A stretch of 63,213 nt of DNA from Mizuhopecten yessoensis. Lineage: Eukaryota. Positions 47,515 to 59,900 of the stretch are shown here, one piece after another. The notes below the pieces were generated by a model. It was given only the letters and a program-made list of their open reading frames with translations. It was not told the origin of the DNA and searched no databases. The translations under genes were made by a program, and so were the position numbers. Location: assembly GCF_002113885.1 (NCBI RefSeq), contig NW_018480063.1, forward strand, positions 97,709 to 160,921, written 5' to 3'. The stretch's first letter is position 1; the number at the start of each line of letters is the position of its first letter.

Positions 47515-49378
47515 AAGTTCCTGCACAGCTCCTATATAAACAGATTGGGCACAATGGCGCATATGGGTAATAATCCTGCATTTGGGTAACATCTTTGTAT
47601 GTTATGGTTGAATGCACTTCAAATCTACTTTCATTATCCTATTTAAAAAATCAAAATTTTGTGCTTCACTATTCAATTAAAAATCTCTATTAATATGGTT
47701 GTTATAAACAACTTTTGGTTGAACGTTTTTTCTTGTTTTGACATTTTCTCAATTTTAGATGTCCCAACTTTTCTAAGGTTTCAAAGGTCGTGAAATACTT
47801 TCAAAACCGAAAACTGTTCAACCAAAAGTTGTTTGTAATAACTAATAGATATGGCGATTTTCAAAAACGTAAGTGAAGTACAAAATTTTGATTTTTTATA
47901 TAGGATAGTGAAATTAGATTTGAAGTGCATTCAACCATAACATACAAAGATGTTACCCAAATGCAGGATTATTACCCATATGCGCCGTTGTGCCCAACCT
48001 GATAAAGATGTATGAAATGGAAGATGGTAAGTGTTCAAAGTACTCACGTGCTTTATAGTTATTGAACATTGATATCGCCAACGAAACTTGTAATTCCCAA
48101 TAGATAAATGCTTTCGCTATACATCCAACTAAAACCCCCCATATAAATGCATTGTACATCATCGCAAACGTTCTTAATTCCAACATACCCAAAAGCAGAA
48201 GTGCTTTTAGTCCAGAGGCCACCAAAGGGAAATCAGTAAATCGTTCTGTTTGTTACAGAGAAAGCTTAAAAAATAGTCAAAAACGAAACAAACACTAAAT
48301 ACACAAAAGTGTTTTTAATGTTGTTTATACATGTAAGAATTCAAACATTTTTTTCAGTTGAAATAAAAAGTAAATGTTTATAAAAAAAAAAAAAAATGGG
48401 ACGAAAATTATTTTTTTATATTGATTTTTTTAATGAATGATTACTCTCTTTCAAACACAGTTCACTAAAACATCTGGAGGTAATTTTCTGTCAGCTATCA
48501 GTCATTTCCTTTGTTTTTGTTTATATTTTGGTTTGTATTCCTATTTCGGATGCTATTAGAAACAGGGATTTAATTATAAGTTGTCATCGTTTTATATATG
48601 ATAAAAAACAATAAAAATATTATCTCTTAACATGGAATTAGATTAATTGCTCTTAATTACCATTTTAATGTGATTAAAAAATCAGGAACAGGTTTTGATT
48701 CTCTTCTCCATATTTACAGAAAATGAAAAATAATTAATACTCTCTATGGAAAATCTGATATCTATAAAATATAATCCACTATGATACAAAACGTATCATA
48801 TATATACAAGGAAAAACAAAAGAAATGTAAAAATGCACAAAAAAAACAATTGTATCAGGAAAGATGGAATTCCTTCGGTTTAAAAATAAAGTACACTGTG
48901 ACAGTTTAATTTTGAAGCTGTTCCAGGAGAAAGAAAAAAACCTTATTTACCCATTAATAAATAGTTTTTTGTTTTTTTGTGTATTAAAGAGTTTGTTTCG
49001 TTTTTGACTATTTTTTAAAGTTTCTCTGTAACAAACAGAACGATTTACTGATGTCCCTTTGGTGGCCTCTGGACTAAAAGCAATGCACTTTTGCTGCTTT
49101 CCTGCGCATGCGCAGTGTTGTAAACAGTGATGGCGGACATTTCGAAGTGAAATTTTGGGTACGTTGGTATTAAGAACTATTGCGATGATGTGCAATGCTT
49201 TTATGTCAGGTTTTTCAGTTGGATCGTATAGCGAAAGCATTTATCTATTGGGAATTACAAGTTTCGTTGGCAATATCAATGTTCAATTACTATAAACCAT
49301 GTGAGTACTTTGAACACTTACCGTCTTCCATTTCATACATCTTTATATAGGAGCTGTGCAGGAACTCTATCGTTATAA
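47515..49378. mobile_element. Non-autonomous element with long inverted arms (host of the 461-bp MITE)
   Basis: 47515-47540 plus 48002-48310 is the reverse complement of about 48965-49378 (GTTCCTGCACAGCTCCTATATAAAGATGTATG...). Confidence 0.65.
47541..48001. mobile_element. 461-bp MITE with ~185-bp TIRs and a 5-bp TSD (ATAAA)
   Basis: TIRs CAG(A/G)TTGGGCACAA(T/C)GGCGCATATGGG.... ATAAA occurs at 47536-40 and 48002-06. The empty site is visible in the opposite arm of the host. Confidence 0.88.
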
Positions 49379-50001
49379 ATCTCTGATTTAGATAAAGTTC
49401 CTACATGAAAAAGCCCTGATACCAGACTTGGACATTTTGACAGATAGATGTCTGGTGTGGGTCTTACTCCCACAATGTTAGAGGTTTTACATGGCGAGAT
49501 ATTTTTGACAGCCACCATGTAACAAAATGATATCTGATAGAAAAAAAGGCCGTCCAGCGGCCTCTTATATGTTATAGGAGTAGCGTGGGTCTAATTAAGT
49601 CTCCTTTGTCATGTTTTACATCAATATTAATTTTAAATATGTAACTTTTTTAACTTTTAATTGTTTATTTATTGGACCTCATTTCTGTAACAGTGGGTAA
49701 CAGGTTGTTTCGCCCTAAATCCGATATGCGCTAAGGGTTATTTCGCACAAAACATTTGTTTTTAAATTTATGCGGTAATATAATGATTAGTATCTAAATA
49801 TATCAACTGAACTTATGGATAACTTTCTATATTGTTGTTAGGTATATTTCATGTAGAAAAATATGCAACTGTTTGAGTTCAGAGTCAGCTTTTCACAGCT
49901 GCCATTTGTCACACTCGCTTAAAAACAACAAACACAAATCTTTTTATAAAATTGATTTTAATGATATGGAAGACTAAGAAGACTTAATTTGTGACGTTAA
50001 A

Positions 50002-50961
50002 NNNNNNNNNNNNNNNNNNNNNNNNNNNNNNNNNNNNNNNNNNNNNNNNNNNNNNNNNNNNNNNNNNNNNNNNNNNNNNNNNNNNNNNNNNNNNNNNNNN
50101 NNNNNNNNNNNNNNNNNNNNNNNNNNNNNNNNNNNNNNNNNNNNNNNNNNNNNNNNNNNNNNNNNNNNNNNNNNNNNNNNNNNNNNNNNNNNNNNNNNNN
50201 NNNNNNNNNNNNNNNNNNNNNNNNNNNNNNNNNNNNNNNNNNNNNNNNNNNNNNNNNNNNNNNNNNNNNNNNNNNNNNNNNNNNNNNNNNNNNNNNNNNN
50301 NNNNNNNNNNNNNNNNNNNNNNNNNNNNNNNNNNNNNNNNNNNNNNNNNNNNNNNNNNNNNNNNNNNNNNNNNNNNNNNNNNNNNNNNNNNNNNNNNNNN
50401 NNNNNNNNNNNNNNNNNNNNNNNNNNNNNNNNNNNNNNNNNNNNNNNNNNNNNNNNNNNNNNNNNNNNNNNNNNNNNNNNNNNNNNNNNNNNNNNNNNNN
50501 NNNNNNNNNNNNNNNNNNNNNNNNNNNNNNNNNNNNNNNNNNNNNNNNNNNNNNNNNNNNNNNNNNNNNNNNNNNNNNNNNNNNNNNNNNNNNNNNNNNN
50601 NNNNNNNNNNNNNNNNNNNNNNNNNNNNNNNNNNNNNNNNNNNNNNNNNNNNNNNNNNNNNNNNNNNNNNNNNNNNNNNNNNNNNNNNNNNNNNNNNNNN
50701 NNNNNNNNNNNNNNNNNNNNNNNNNNNNNNNNNNNNNNNNNNNNNNNNNNNNNNNNNNNNNNNNNNNNNNNNNNNNNNNNNNNNNNNNNNNNNNNNNNNN
50801 NNNNNNNNNNNNNNNNNNNNNNNNNNNNNNNNNNNNNNNNNNNNNNNNNNNNNNNNNNNNNNNNNNNNNNNNNNNNNNNNNNNNNNNNNNNNNNNNNNNN
50901 NNNNNNNNNNNNNNNNNNNNNNNNNNNNNNNNNNNNNNNNNNNNNNNNNNNNNNNNNNNNN
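50002..50961. other. Assembly gap (N run)
   Basis: Continuous Ns. Confidence 1.
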
Positions 50962-51529
50962 NGACACGGTACAACACTTTTCTTTCGCTTACTTCACATG
51001 GCCAGTCCATTTTGTTTACAAAGAAATGGTGTGCTATGCGCATGCGCTAGTAGAGGGAAATCCCTGAACAAAACGTTGGTCAGACAGGTAGAAATACCGA
51101 TGAATTTCTTAGATTTAATCATTTTTATGAATCTATTTCAGCCAAATCTGATCGTTATTTTCCATAAGGAGTCTCACTTGATATGTTTATGTAGTATTTG
51201 AAAAAAAGACAAAAAATAAAGTTACTTCACCGTGATGCCCCTTTAAACTATAAAAATTGAAAGAAAATTCCAAACAATGTTTTGCCCTAATTTTTTAGTT
51301 AGGGACAAAACAACCTAGAGCAAAACAACCTGGAACCAACAGTGTGTCTGATTGGACTATATATATTAATCATGTGATGGGGTAATAGACTAATAATATA
51401 AGACTCTTTCATGCCCCAAAAAAAAGCCAGGAGAAATAGTGGTAAAGAAAACTGCCTGATCCATTGTATGTAAATATAATGGAACATTTGAGAGCTCTTC
51501 CTTATGCATGCTTGAAAATCCTTCATGTG

Positions 51530-53040
51530 TTTTTAGCTCACCTGGTCAGGGTTCGAATTTAACCAGATTTTCTACTTGCATTTTTTTGCAAGTGGTATTT
51601 TTTCTTACTTGCTAAATGAGAAAACAACTTGCAATTTGCATTTTTCCAACTTTATTAGACATGTTAACTTAGAATTAAATTCTAAAACAACACAGTATTA
51701 ACTGACGTTTTAAATTATGGTCATTGGGATGTATACATGACGCAAACCTTGCTGTGAAAGGATGCTGGCCCGCTCAGGCTATTCTTAGATATAGCATAGA
51801 AACTGCATCGTAGTTTCTTGCTCCATATGGTAGAGTATTTGGTCTTTTCTGTCTTTGTACCGACAACTACCATCTTGTCACAGCAGGTTTTGGGTCATAC
51901 TCTCATATTTGGTCTGAGGCATCCTTGGGAGAAGGGGAACCAATTTTGTATAAACCGTGGGTGGGGCCCAATAGGGGAAATAAAGCTAATTCTTTAACAT
52001 CCTTCTTCTTCTGTAGGAATGAAAGGATTTGTTCCATATTTGGTCTGAGGCATCCTTGGGTGAAAGGGACCCAATTTTTTATAAACAGTGGGCCTGGCCC
52101 TCCTGGGGGCTGAGGGGTGGGGCCCTATAGGGGAAATATAGCAAATTCTTTAAAATCCTTCTCCTTCTGTAGGAATGAGGGGATTTTGTCCATATTTGGT
52201 CTGCAGCATGCTAAGGTAAAGGGGAACCAGTTTTGTATAAACCGTGGGTCTGGTCCCCCCCAGGGGCCTGAGAGGCGGGGCCCAATAGGGGAAATATAGC
52301 AGATTATTCTTTAAAATCCTTCTTCTGTAGGAATTGGTCCATATTTGGTGTGGAGCATCCTTGGTAAAGGGGAACCAATTTTGTATAAACGGTTGGTGTG
52401 GCCCCTCTGGGACCTGAGGGGTGGGGTCCAATAGGGGAAATATAGGTAAAACCTTTATAATCCCACTTCTACCATAGGGATTAAGGGATATTTTCCTAAT
52501 TTAGTCTAGAACATCCTTACGCAGAAGGGACTCAATTTCGTATAAACAGCGAGTGTGGCCCCCCTTTGGGCAGAAGGGAGGGGCCCGATAGGGGAAACAT
52601 AGCAAATTCTTCAAAATCCTTCTTCTTCTGTAGGAATGACAGGATTTTGTCCAAATTTGGTATGAAGCAGCCTTGGGTGAAGGGTAAACAATTTTGTATA
52701 AGCAGTGGGTGTGGTCTACCAGGGGGCAGAAGGGAGGGGCTCAAGTGGAGAAATAGAGTTAAAACCTTCGAAACCCTACTCCAACCATTGGGTTTTATCC
52801 TTATTTAGTCTGGAGCATCAATGGACCAAGGGGACTCAATTTTGTATNNNNNNNNNNNNNNNNNNNNNNNNNNNNNNNNNNNNNNNNNNNNNNTGGGGCT
52901 CTGTTTGAAGTTTGTTCTCGCTATATCTGAAGTACTGGTTGGATCGTTCTGAAATTTCATATGTATTTACAGCATCTACTTCATACCAATTATTTTAAAC
53001 ATATTCAGGTGAGCGATACAGGCCCTCTGGGCCTCTTGTT
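51530..53040 (+). mobile_element. Helentron-type non-autonomous element (HINE) with an internal ~135-140 bp tandem array
   Basis: 5' end TTTTAGCTCACCTG; 3' end CAGGTGAGC plus hairpin AGGCCCTCTGGGCCT and a T-rich tail. About 7 repeat units at 51900-52850. Foreign sequence is inserted after 51546. Confidence 0.7.
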
Positions 53041-53929
53041 TATTTAACTTATTCCCCACACCAGTAGCGTGAAATATTGGTGACCAGTTTCTCAGCCCTT
53101 CAGGTAACCAATTTTTACCAAATAAATGAACTAACAGCAAATTAAAATTAAACAGCAATGTGTGCTTAACCATTTTTTATTAACAATGTTTAGTCTTTAA
53201 ACAAATTGAATATAAAAGTACATTTAAAAGTAGAAAAATCTACTTTTCTGCAGGTATTCTCTTTGAATATCAGTTATCATTGCAGACATACTCATATCCA
53301 TGTGTTTACATTCACTTCCCAAAAACAGAAGATATCAACAAACTTACAAGTGGTATGCAAGTGACATAAAGATGTACATGTAGTACACACTACATAGTAA
53401 CTGTTTCCCCAATGCCAGATTATTACCCAGGGGTTGTACCCAATGTATAAAAAAAAAAAAGCTTTTTAGCCAAACAGAAATGATAAGACCAGCTGGGCCC
53501 CTATTCTTGAAACCGTTCTCGTATATGTCTGTACATCATTGGGCAACCAGATTTTAATTTGAAACTCAACCTGTCTGCAACAATTAATTTTTGTGATTTA
53601 TATAAAAAGTTTTTTTCCTGTTGGGTATGGTGGGGAAACTGTGATTGAATAAATGTATTTGTATTTCCACATTTCTAGACTACTTGAAAAGTGTTTGTCT
53701 GTTCCAAAAGATAAAAGGACCATAGTCACCTTTTAATAATAAAATTGACCTTTGTCTTTTACGTTTTCTTGAATGATGTAATTTCCCTTAAATGTTTTGA
53801 TCAAACATTTATGGGCCCAATGACAATTTATGTGTTGATGGAGTGTTAATGTACATGCAGTAATAATGATAAAATGATAAAACAAGAAATTCTTCTGATA
53901 CAATAATTAGTATATATTACCTTTTACAG

Positions 53930-56900
53930 ATGGAGGATTCCGGAACTGTCTGTAATTTCTGTAGACAAGGTGATGAAGAAGCATCAGAATTATGTGGAAA
54001 ATTACACATTAAAAGGATTGATGATGGCCAGATAGTTGCGGCCCATCATAAATGTATGGTATGTATTTCCACTCTATTTATAGATACATATCTATTACAT
54101 GTTATATTATTGATATGAACCTTTTATTGTACTAATTCTCTTTTGGGGCATGGCATTTATTAACTGTGGCTTTGCATGAAATTTTACATTTGCACCTGGG
54201 TTTTTTTCACTCCCTGCTGACCATTCTGAACAGGGCTAGACAATAGGGACAGGGATAATCCTGGAGGGGGCCATGGAGCCATTGACCCCTCAAAGCTGAA
54301 ATTGACCCCTCCATGTTACAATTTTCTTTTAATTTTACATAAAACGTCTCCTCTTTATTTTGATATTGACTAAGATTTGCTGAAATGGGCCACTGCATGG
54401 TCTCAAATTCCAGGATTTTCCATGTAAGGGTACGTAGCCCATAGCCACTAGCTATAGTCGCCCAATTCAATTGACTAAGTTTAACTTTATAACACCTATG
54501 TGATTTTTTGTTGAATAGCATGGACCTTGTAGTAAAATTGAAGACTATAAGCCCAACTGACAGATGGTTTTGTAAATAATTTTCAGGCATGATTCATTTA
54601 GTGGCAAATGTGGTTGGTCAAATAAGTAGTAAATCACTTTCCTTCACTATTTGTTCAAATTTGGCCATCCTAAACTACATAAATGTATACATACCCCAGG
54701 TACATATATATTACTGTTCATATATATATATATATTATAGCAGTTTGATGATCAGCACCCTTGAACTTTATGTTCCTCAGTTGTAGCATTCATCTTTAAA
54801 TCGCATGTAATACCATACTAGATATTTTACTAGTGCTATAAAGTTTTGCCGACATTCATACAGAGTTTAATATATATCAATTACAAGTTGAACAACATGA
54901 ATTATTTTTAAGCATTATGAAATTAAATTTGGGTGGTATAGATCGCTAGAGCTGTAAATATATAGAATACTGCAGCAAATTTTGAAGTAAGGAGAAAGAT
55001 GCCTAATTTGTACTAACATGATCCCATTAAAATTTCAGCAATATTCAGCTGGCCTTATCCAGTATAAATTTGACCATTTTGGTGGATTCAAGATTGAAAA
55101 AGTTCAAGCTGAACTCAAAAGAGGAAAATGTATCGTGAGTACATACTTTGTGGCTTTCTGTGTGTTAATTTGTGCCAGATGTGTTAATTATAATCCGAAG
55201 TAGTTAAAGCAGTGCTGTAAGTATTTGATGAGATATGGTGCATATGTGCCAGGTACTGGTAAACCACAACTGGGGCACTCATGTTTATAAGCACACAGTT
55301 TTCTTCAAACAATAAACATTAAAAATACTTTTTTGATAAAGGTGAATACAACCAGGTGATTTTTGCCAAACCTGTCTTGTTTAATAGGAGTACATGTACA
55401 GGTCACAAGAAACTGCCTTTGTTTTTTTCGACATACTTATATTACTATATACAGACAGAGCTCTATTAAACTCAGGTATGTTCTGGGTGCTAGACTCCTC
55501 ATGGGTAGCAATTTGCATTGTGATGGACCTCTGAAAATGGTCTGAGATAAATGATACACATAATTTTAATCAAGTGCAAATCTTGGTAAAATTATGAAAT
55601 GTCAGCATCTTATTAATTGTTGTAATTTAATAATATACAGTAAAAAGCAGTCGTTATTAAAAGATGGCCACCCTTGAAGTTGTCACTTTTGGGGGAAAAA
55701 AAGAAAAAAAATCAAGCAGGGCTCTGTCAAGCAAATAGTAATAAACAATGTGTACTCTCCAGTGTATAATGGTTATACATTTTGTTTAATCTGTATTTTA
55801 GAAATGTAACATTTGTAAAAATGACAAAATGAGGAAGAAAAAATGCAGTCGAGCAACATCAGGATGTGCTGTGAAAACTTGCCGAAAATCCTTCCATTAC
55901 TACTGTGCCAAAAAAAGTGAAGCCTGCATTACAAAGAGAATGCTTGTTCGCTATAAACAGTCAGACGAGGAGAGAGTTTTGTACAGGTATACGGTTTCTT
56001 TACCAGTTCTCTAAAAGTCAGATATGGTTTTGCTCACCTAGCAGTCTAGCACTAGCAGCACCTGTAAGTTGATACAATGGTGCTGCCTGTGCCTAAATCA
56101 TGTTTTCCTTTAGAATACTTATCCTAATATTTATAAAGCTTAGAGTAGTGGTACTTGACCTGTACCTTGATGGGATGGAGGATACAAAGTTTTTTCAAAG
56201 GAAAAATATGACCTTGACCTTGATCCACTTGGAAGGTCATGGTGTCACATATGTTAGAAACAAAACACAACTCCTGAAGATCCAGAGCATAATTTTTGGC
56301 ATGTAGCTTATTGAATTAAAGGGCTATTAAGTTTGTTAAAATAAGTGATCTGGACATGCTTTCAAGGTCATTGAGGTTAAGTGTATTAAAATTTATAACA
56401 ACTATATTAATTGATCTGACATGACAATAGTCTAAAATATTGATATTTAGCCTGTAGATTGCTATGTTGGAGGCCGATGGGCTATCGTTTTTTTCTTCTT
56501 CAAATAAGTGACCTAGACTCCAATTCAGGTCACGGAAGTCAAAATGGGTTAAAAGATATATACAAATGATACTTTCTTATAAACCAGTGTGTGGTAGTTC
56601 TATCAGACATGTAACCTATTGGATTGTAAGGCTGTCCAAATTAATGACATTTTTATGACTTCCAAATTGGAGGTCACTTGGCATGGGTCAAATGTGTTGA
56701 AAACATTTTACAATCAATGATGTCTAAATTAATATTTGACTTCTAGCTTGCAGTGGTGAGGGATATGACAGTTCCACTCTGGCTATTTGATTGGCTGATA
56801 TTGTAACTTCAGATTTAAATATTATACATTCAGTATGTCACATGAATTATTATCTTTTTAAAAAGATTGGTAAACTATCCTTATTAGTCCCCTACCGGTG

Positions 56901-59900
56901 AAACCGGGGGGACTTTAGGTTTTGTCTGCGTCTGTCCGTCCGTCTGTCGTCAAAATCTGCAGGTTAAAGTTTGGGTTAAAGTTTTGTAATGGCTTACCAT
57001 TCACTTAATAATGATGTTAGGATGCTGATGTTTAGCAAAGAGGTTCTTTAAGGGTCTAGCATGCTGTGGATTGAAAATGGAAAATAATTTTATTTTTTGG
57101 GGAATTTTTGACATGTTTTGGACTTAACTATCCTGGCCAAAATCTTCAGGTTAAAGTTTTGTAATGGCTTTCCATTCGCTTAATAATGATGTTAGGATGC
57201 TGATTCTTAGCATAGAGGTTCTTTAGGGGTCTAGCATTAATGCTGTGGATTGAAAATGGAAAATAATTTTATTTCTTGGGGGAATTTTTGACATGTTTTG
57301 GACTTAACTATCCTGGCCAAAATCTGAAGCTTAAAGTTTGGGTTAAAGTTTTGTAATGGCTCACCGTTCACTTAATAATAGTGTTAGGATGCTGATTTTA
57401 TGTACAGAGGTTTTTTAGGGATCTAGCAATAATGCTGTGGATTGAAAATGGAAAATAATTTAAAAAAAAAAAAAAATGAATTTTTGACATGTCTGGACTT
57501 AACTATCTTGGCCAACATCTGCAGGTTAAAGTTTGGGTTAAAGTTTTGAAATGGCTCACCGTTCACTTTATAATATTGTTAGGATGCTGATTTTATGGAC
57601 AGAGGTTCTTTCGGGGTCTAGCATTAATGTTCTTTAGTGAAAGTGAATAAATAATTCTTGTTTTTTATTTTTGACATGATTTGGACTTAACTATCTTGGC
57701 CAAAATCTGAAGGTTAATGTTTGGGGGGCCGGTAGGGGACATGTGTTGATTCATCAATACCCACAGAATGCTTGTTCAATATACGTTTTCCATGACCACA
57801 GGATACTATATTGAACGAGAGGCATTATATCTGTTTCTCGGTCTGATGGAAAAGGTGTATGGCATGAAAAGTTGTGCCCCTTGATTTCTGAATACCATCA
57901 CAGTTCTTTCTACTTTTGCTTCATTGTTGTCTTCTGCTGTTGCATCAACAACCAGCTCAGGAAAGGAATGTTCACTTCATTTGCAGAGGTGCAACAATGT
58001 GCAAAGACCAAACAGGCAACAAAAATCTCACAACAAATTAGATTTCGTACTGTATTAAAGAAGAGTTGGAAATGTCCATCTAATCATGATATAAATGACT
58101 GTAATGAACATTAAAAGGTCATTCTAATGTTGATCATGTTATGCCAATCTCCGAAACAAAGAATTCAGTGAGAAGGTTTTAATTGTCTACAGATACCTGT
58201 TAATTGATGTACTAAATTGGTTATGTTTGTTCCCTCAAGAACTGATGCTTATAGAATTCTCTGGGGAGTTAACTGAGTAACTTAAATAACAGGTGAGCAA
58301 TGCAAGCTTGATGGACCTGTTTTAATTAGGTGTAGTTACTTTCTTTTTCCTCAAGTGTGTTCAGATCAGCAGGTCACTCATTTGTAGTATAATCTAAACT
58401 AAAAGTTCAATACAGTAGCACAATTTAGTAATTTTTATGCATTGGACTGTTTATGTTCATACTTGGGCTGCAAACATTGTAAAATGAAAGTAGAGTTTTT
58501 AAAAATTTGATTCTACATATTGTACCATTTTAATACAAACTTTTTTCCATGCAGAGTTTTTTGCTGTCCTGAGCATGAACAATATTTCAAGAATCACAAA
58601 GGTAGGTAATATTGTAAACTAATATGTACAGTTTAAGTACAGGGTTCAAACTGGGAAGGATTGTCATGGTGCCACACATGTATGATGTCCTGCTCTTTTT
58701 AACTAGTGATATTAGAGGCACGGTAGTTTAGTTGTAGGATGCTGGGTTCGTGACCGATGTGTTGCGGGTTTCGAGTCGCGGCGCGGCACTGTGTTGTATC
58801 TTTGAGCAAGATACTTGACTTTGGTTGTTCCAGTCTACTCAGCTGAAAATGAGTACGTGGTTGGGCAGTGCTAGAGTTGTTGAATGCTAGCAGTGATCTC
58901 CGAAAATGGCAGCACCGACTGTGTGCTCCCCAGGGAGATGAGGAAGATATTGGCTGGTTGCAAAGGCCCTATAACCACGGATAATAATTTGTAAACCGCT
59001 TTGAGATGACTTACAAACTAGGTTGTGATAAAGGGTATAAGAACCTCAAATTATAACTATTATTATTATAATCTGAATAATCAAGTTATTTAATAGGGGA
59101 GATTACTCATTTTGTCAAAAGGTGATTTTGAGAAATGACCTAGTGAATTTTTCTTAAAATTATTTTTAAGGTTCAAAATGTTTTTCATACAAAGGCAACT
59201 TTGCACAGATACTGTTAATACTAAAACGGCTAAAGATTTACTGGTAAATCGGTGTTAAAAGTTGTTCCTAAATGTTCATTTCGTACCAGTCAATGAAACA
59301 TCAGGTTATGGTATAATGAATCTAAATTTACCATTCTTAGGAAAATGTACAGAAATCTTTGAAATGAGCACACCACTAGAACATATTACATATACCATAT
59401 GTATGTAATCTAACATTTTTTGGGTAATTTTAAACAAGTACTGTTCAAGTCTGTAACACTTTTTCTGTGTAACCTCTCTTAATAATTGTTTTCTTATAAA
59501 AAAAAAAGTTTTGCCTATCTGTCTTACCTATCCTAATTTCATGTGAGCAGAAAAAAGATATTTTTACTCCCTAAGGAAATCCCTAAATTCCTCTACCAGG
59601 AATGTATCATGCTACATCAAAAATTCTTAGCTGTAAGAAACAAACGGTGTGTGAACAATGTGTGCAAGAAACTACTTGCGAATGATAAAAAATTGGACGA
59701 TCATTGCTTGCGCACATTTATGTGGACAATGGACTAACGTTGTGCGATAACAATCATGGTTGGTGTAAATTGAGGAATGCCTTAACAATAAATATGGTTT
59801 CGTGCATGTGTTTAAACACATACACTTGATTATTTAGTATGTTTCTGTATTCTAGCTACATCTATAAGCTTATCTGTCTGTCTATACTTTCTTAAATTTA

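Noticed and set aside
49984-51067. Long ORFs in the track
   Set aside because: Translations of the N gap.
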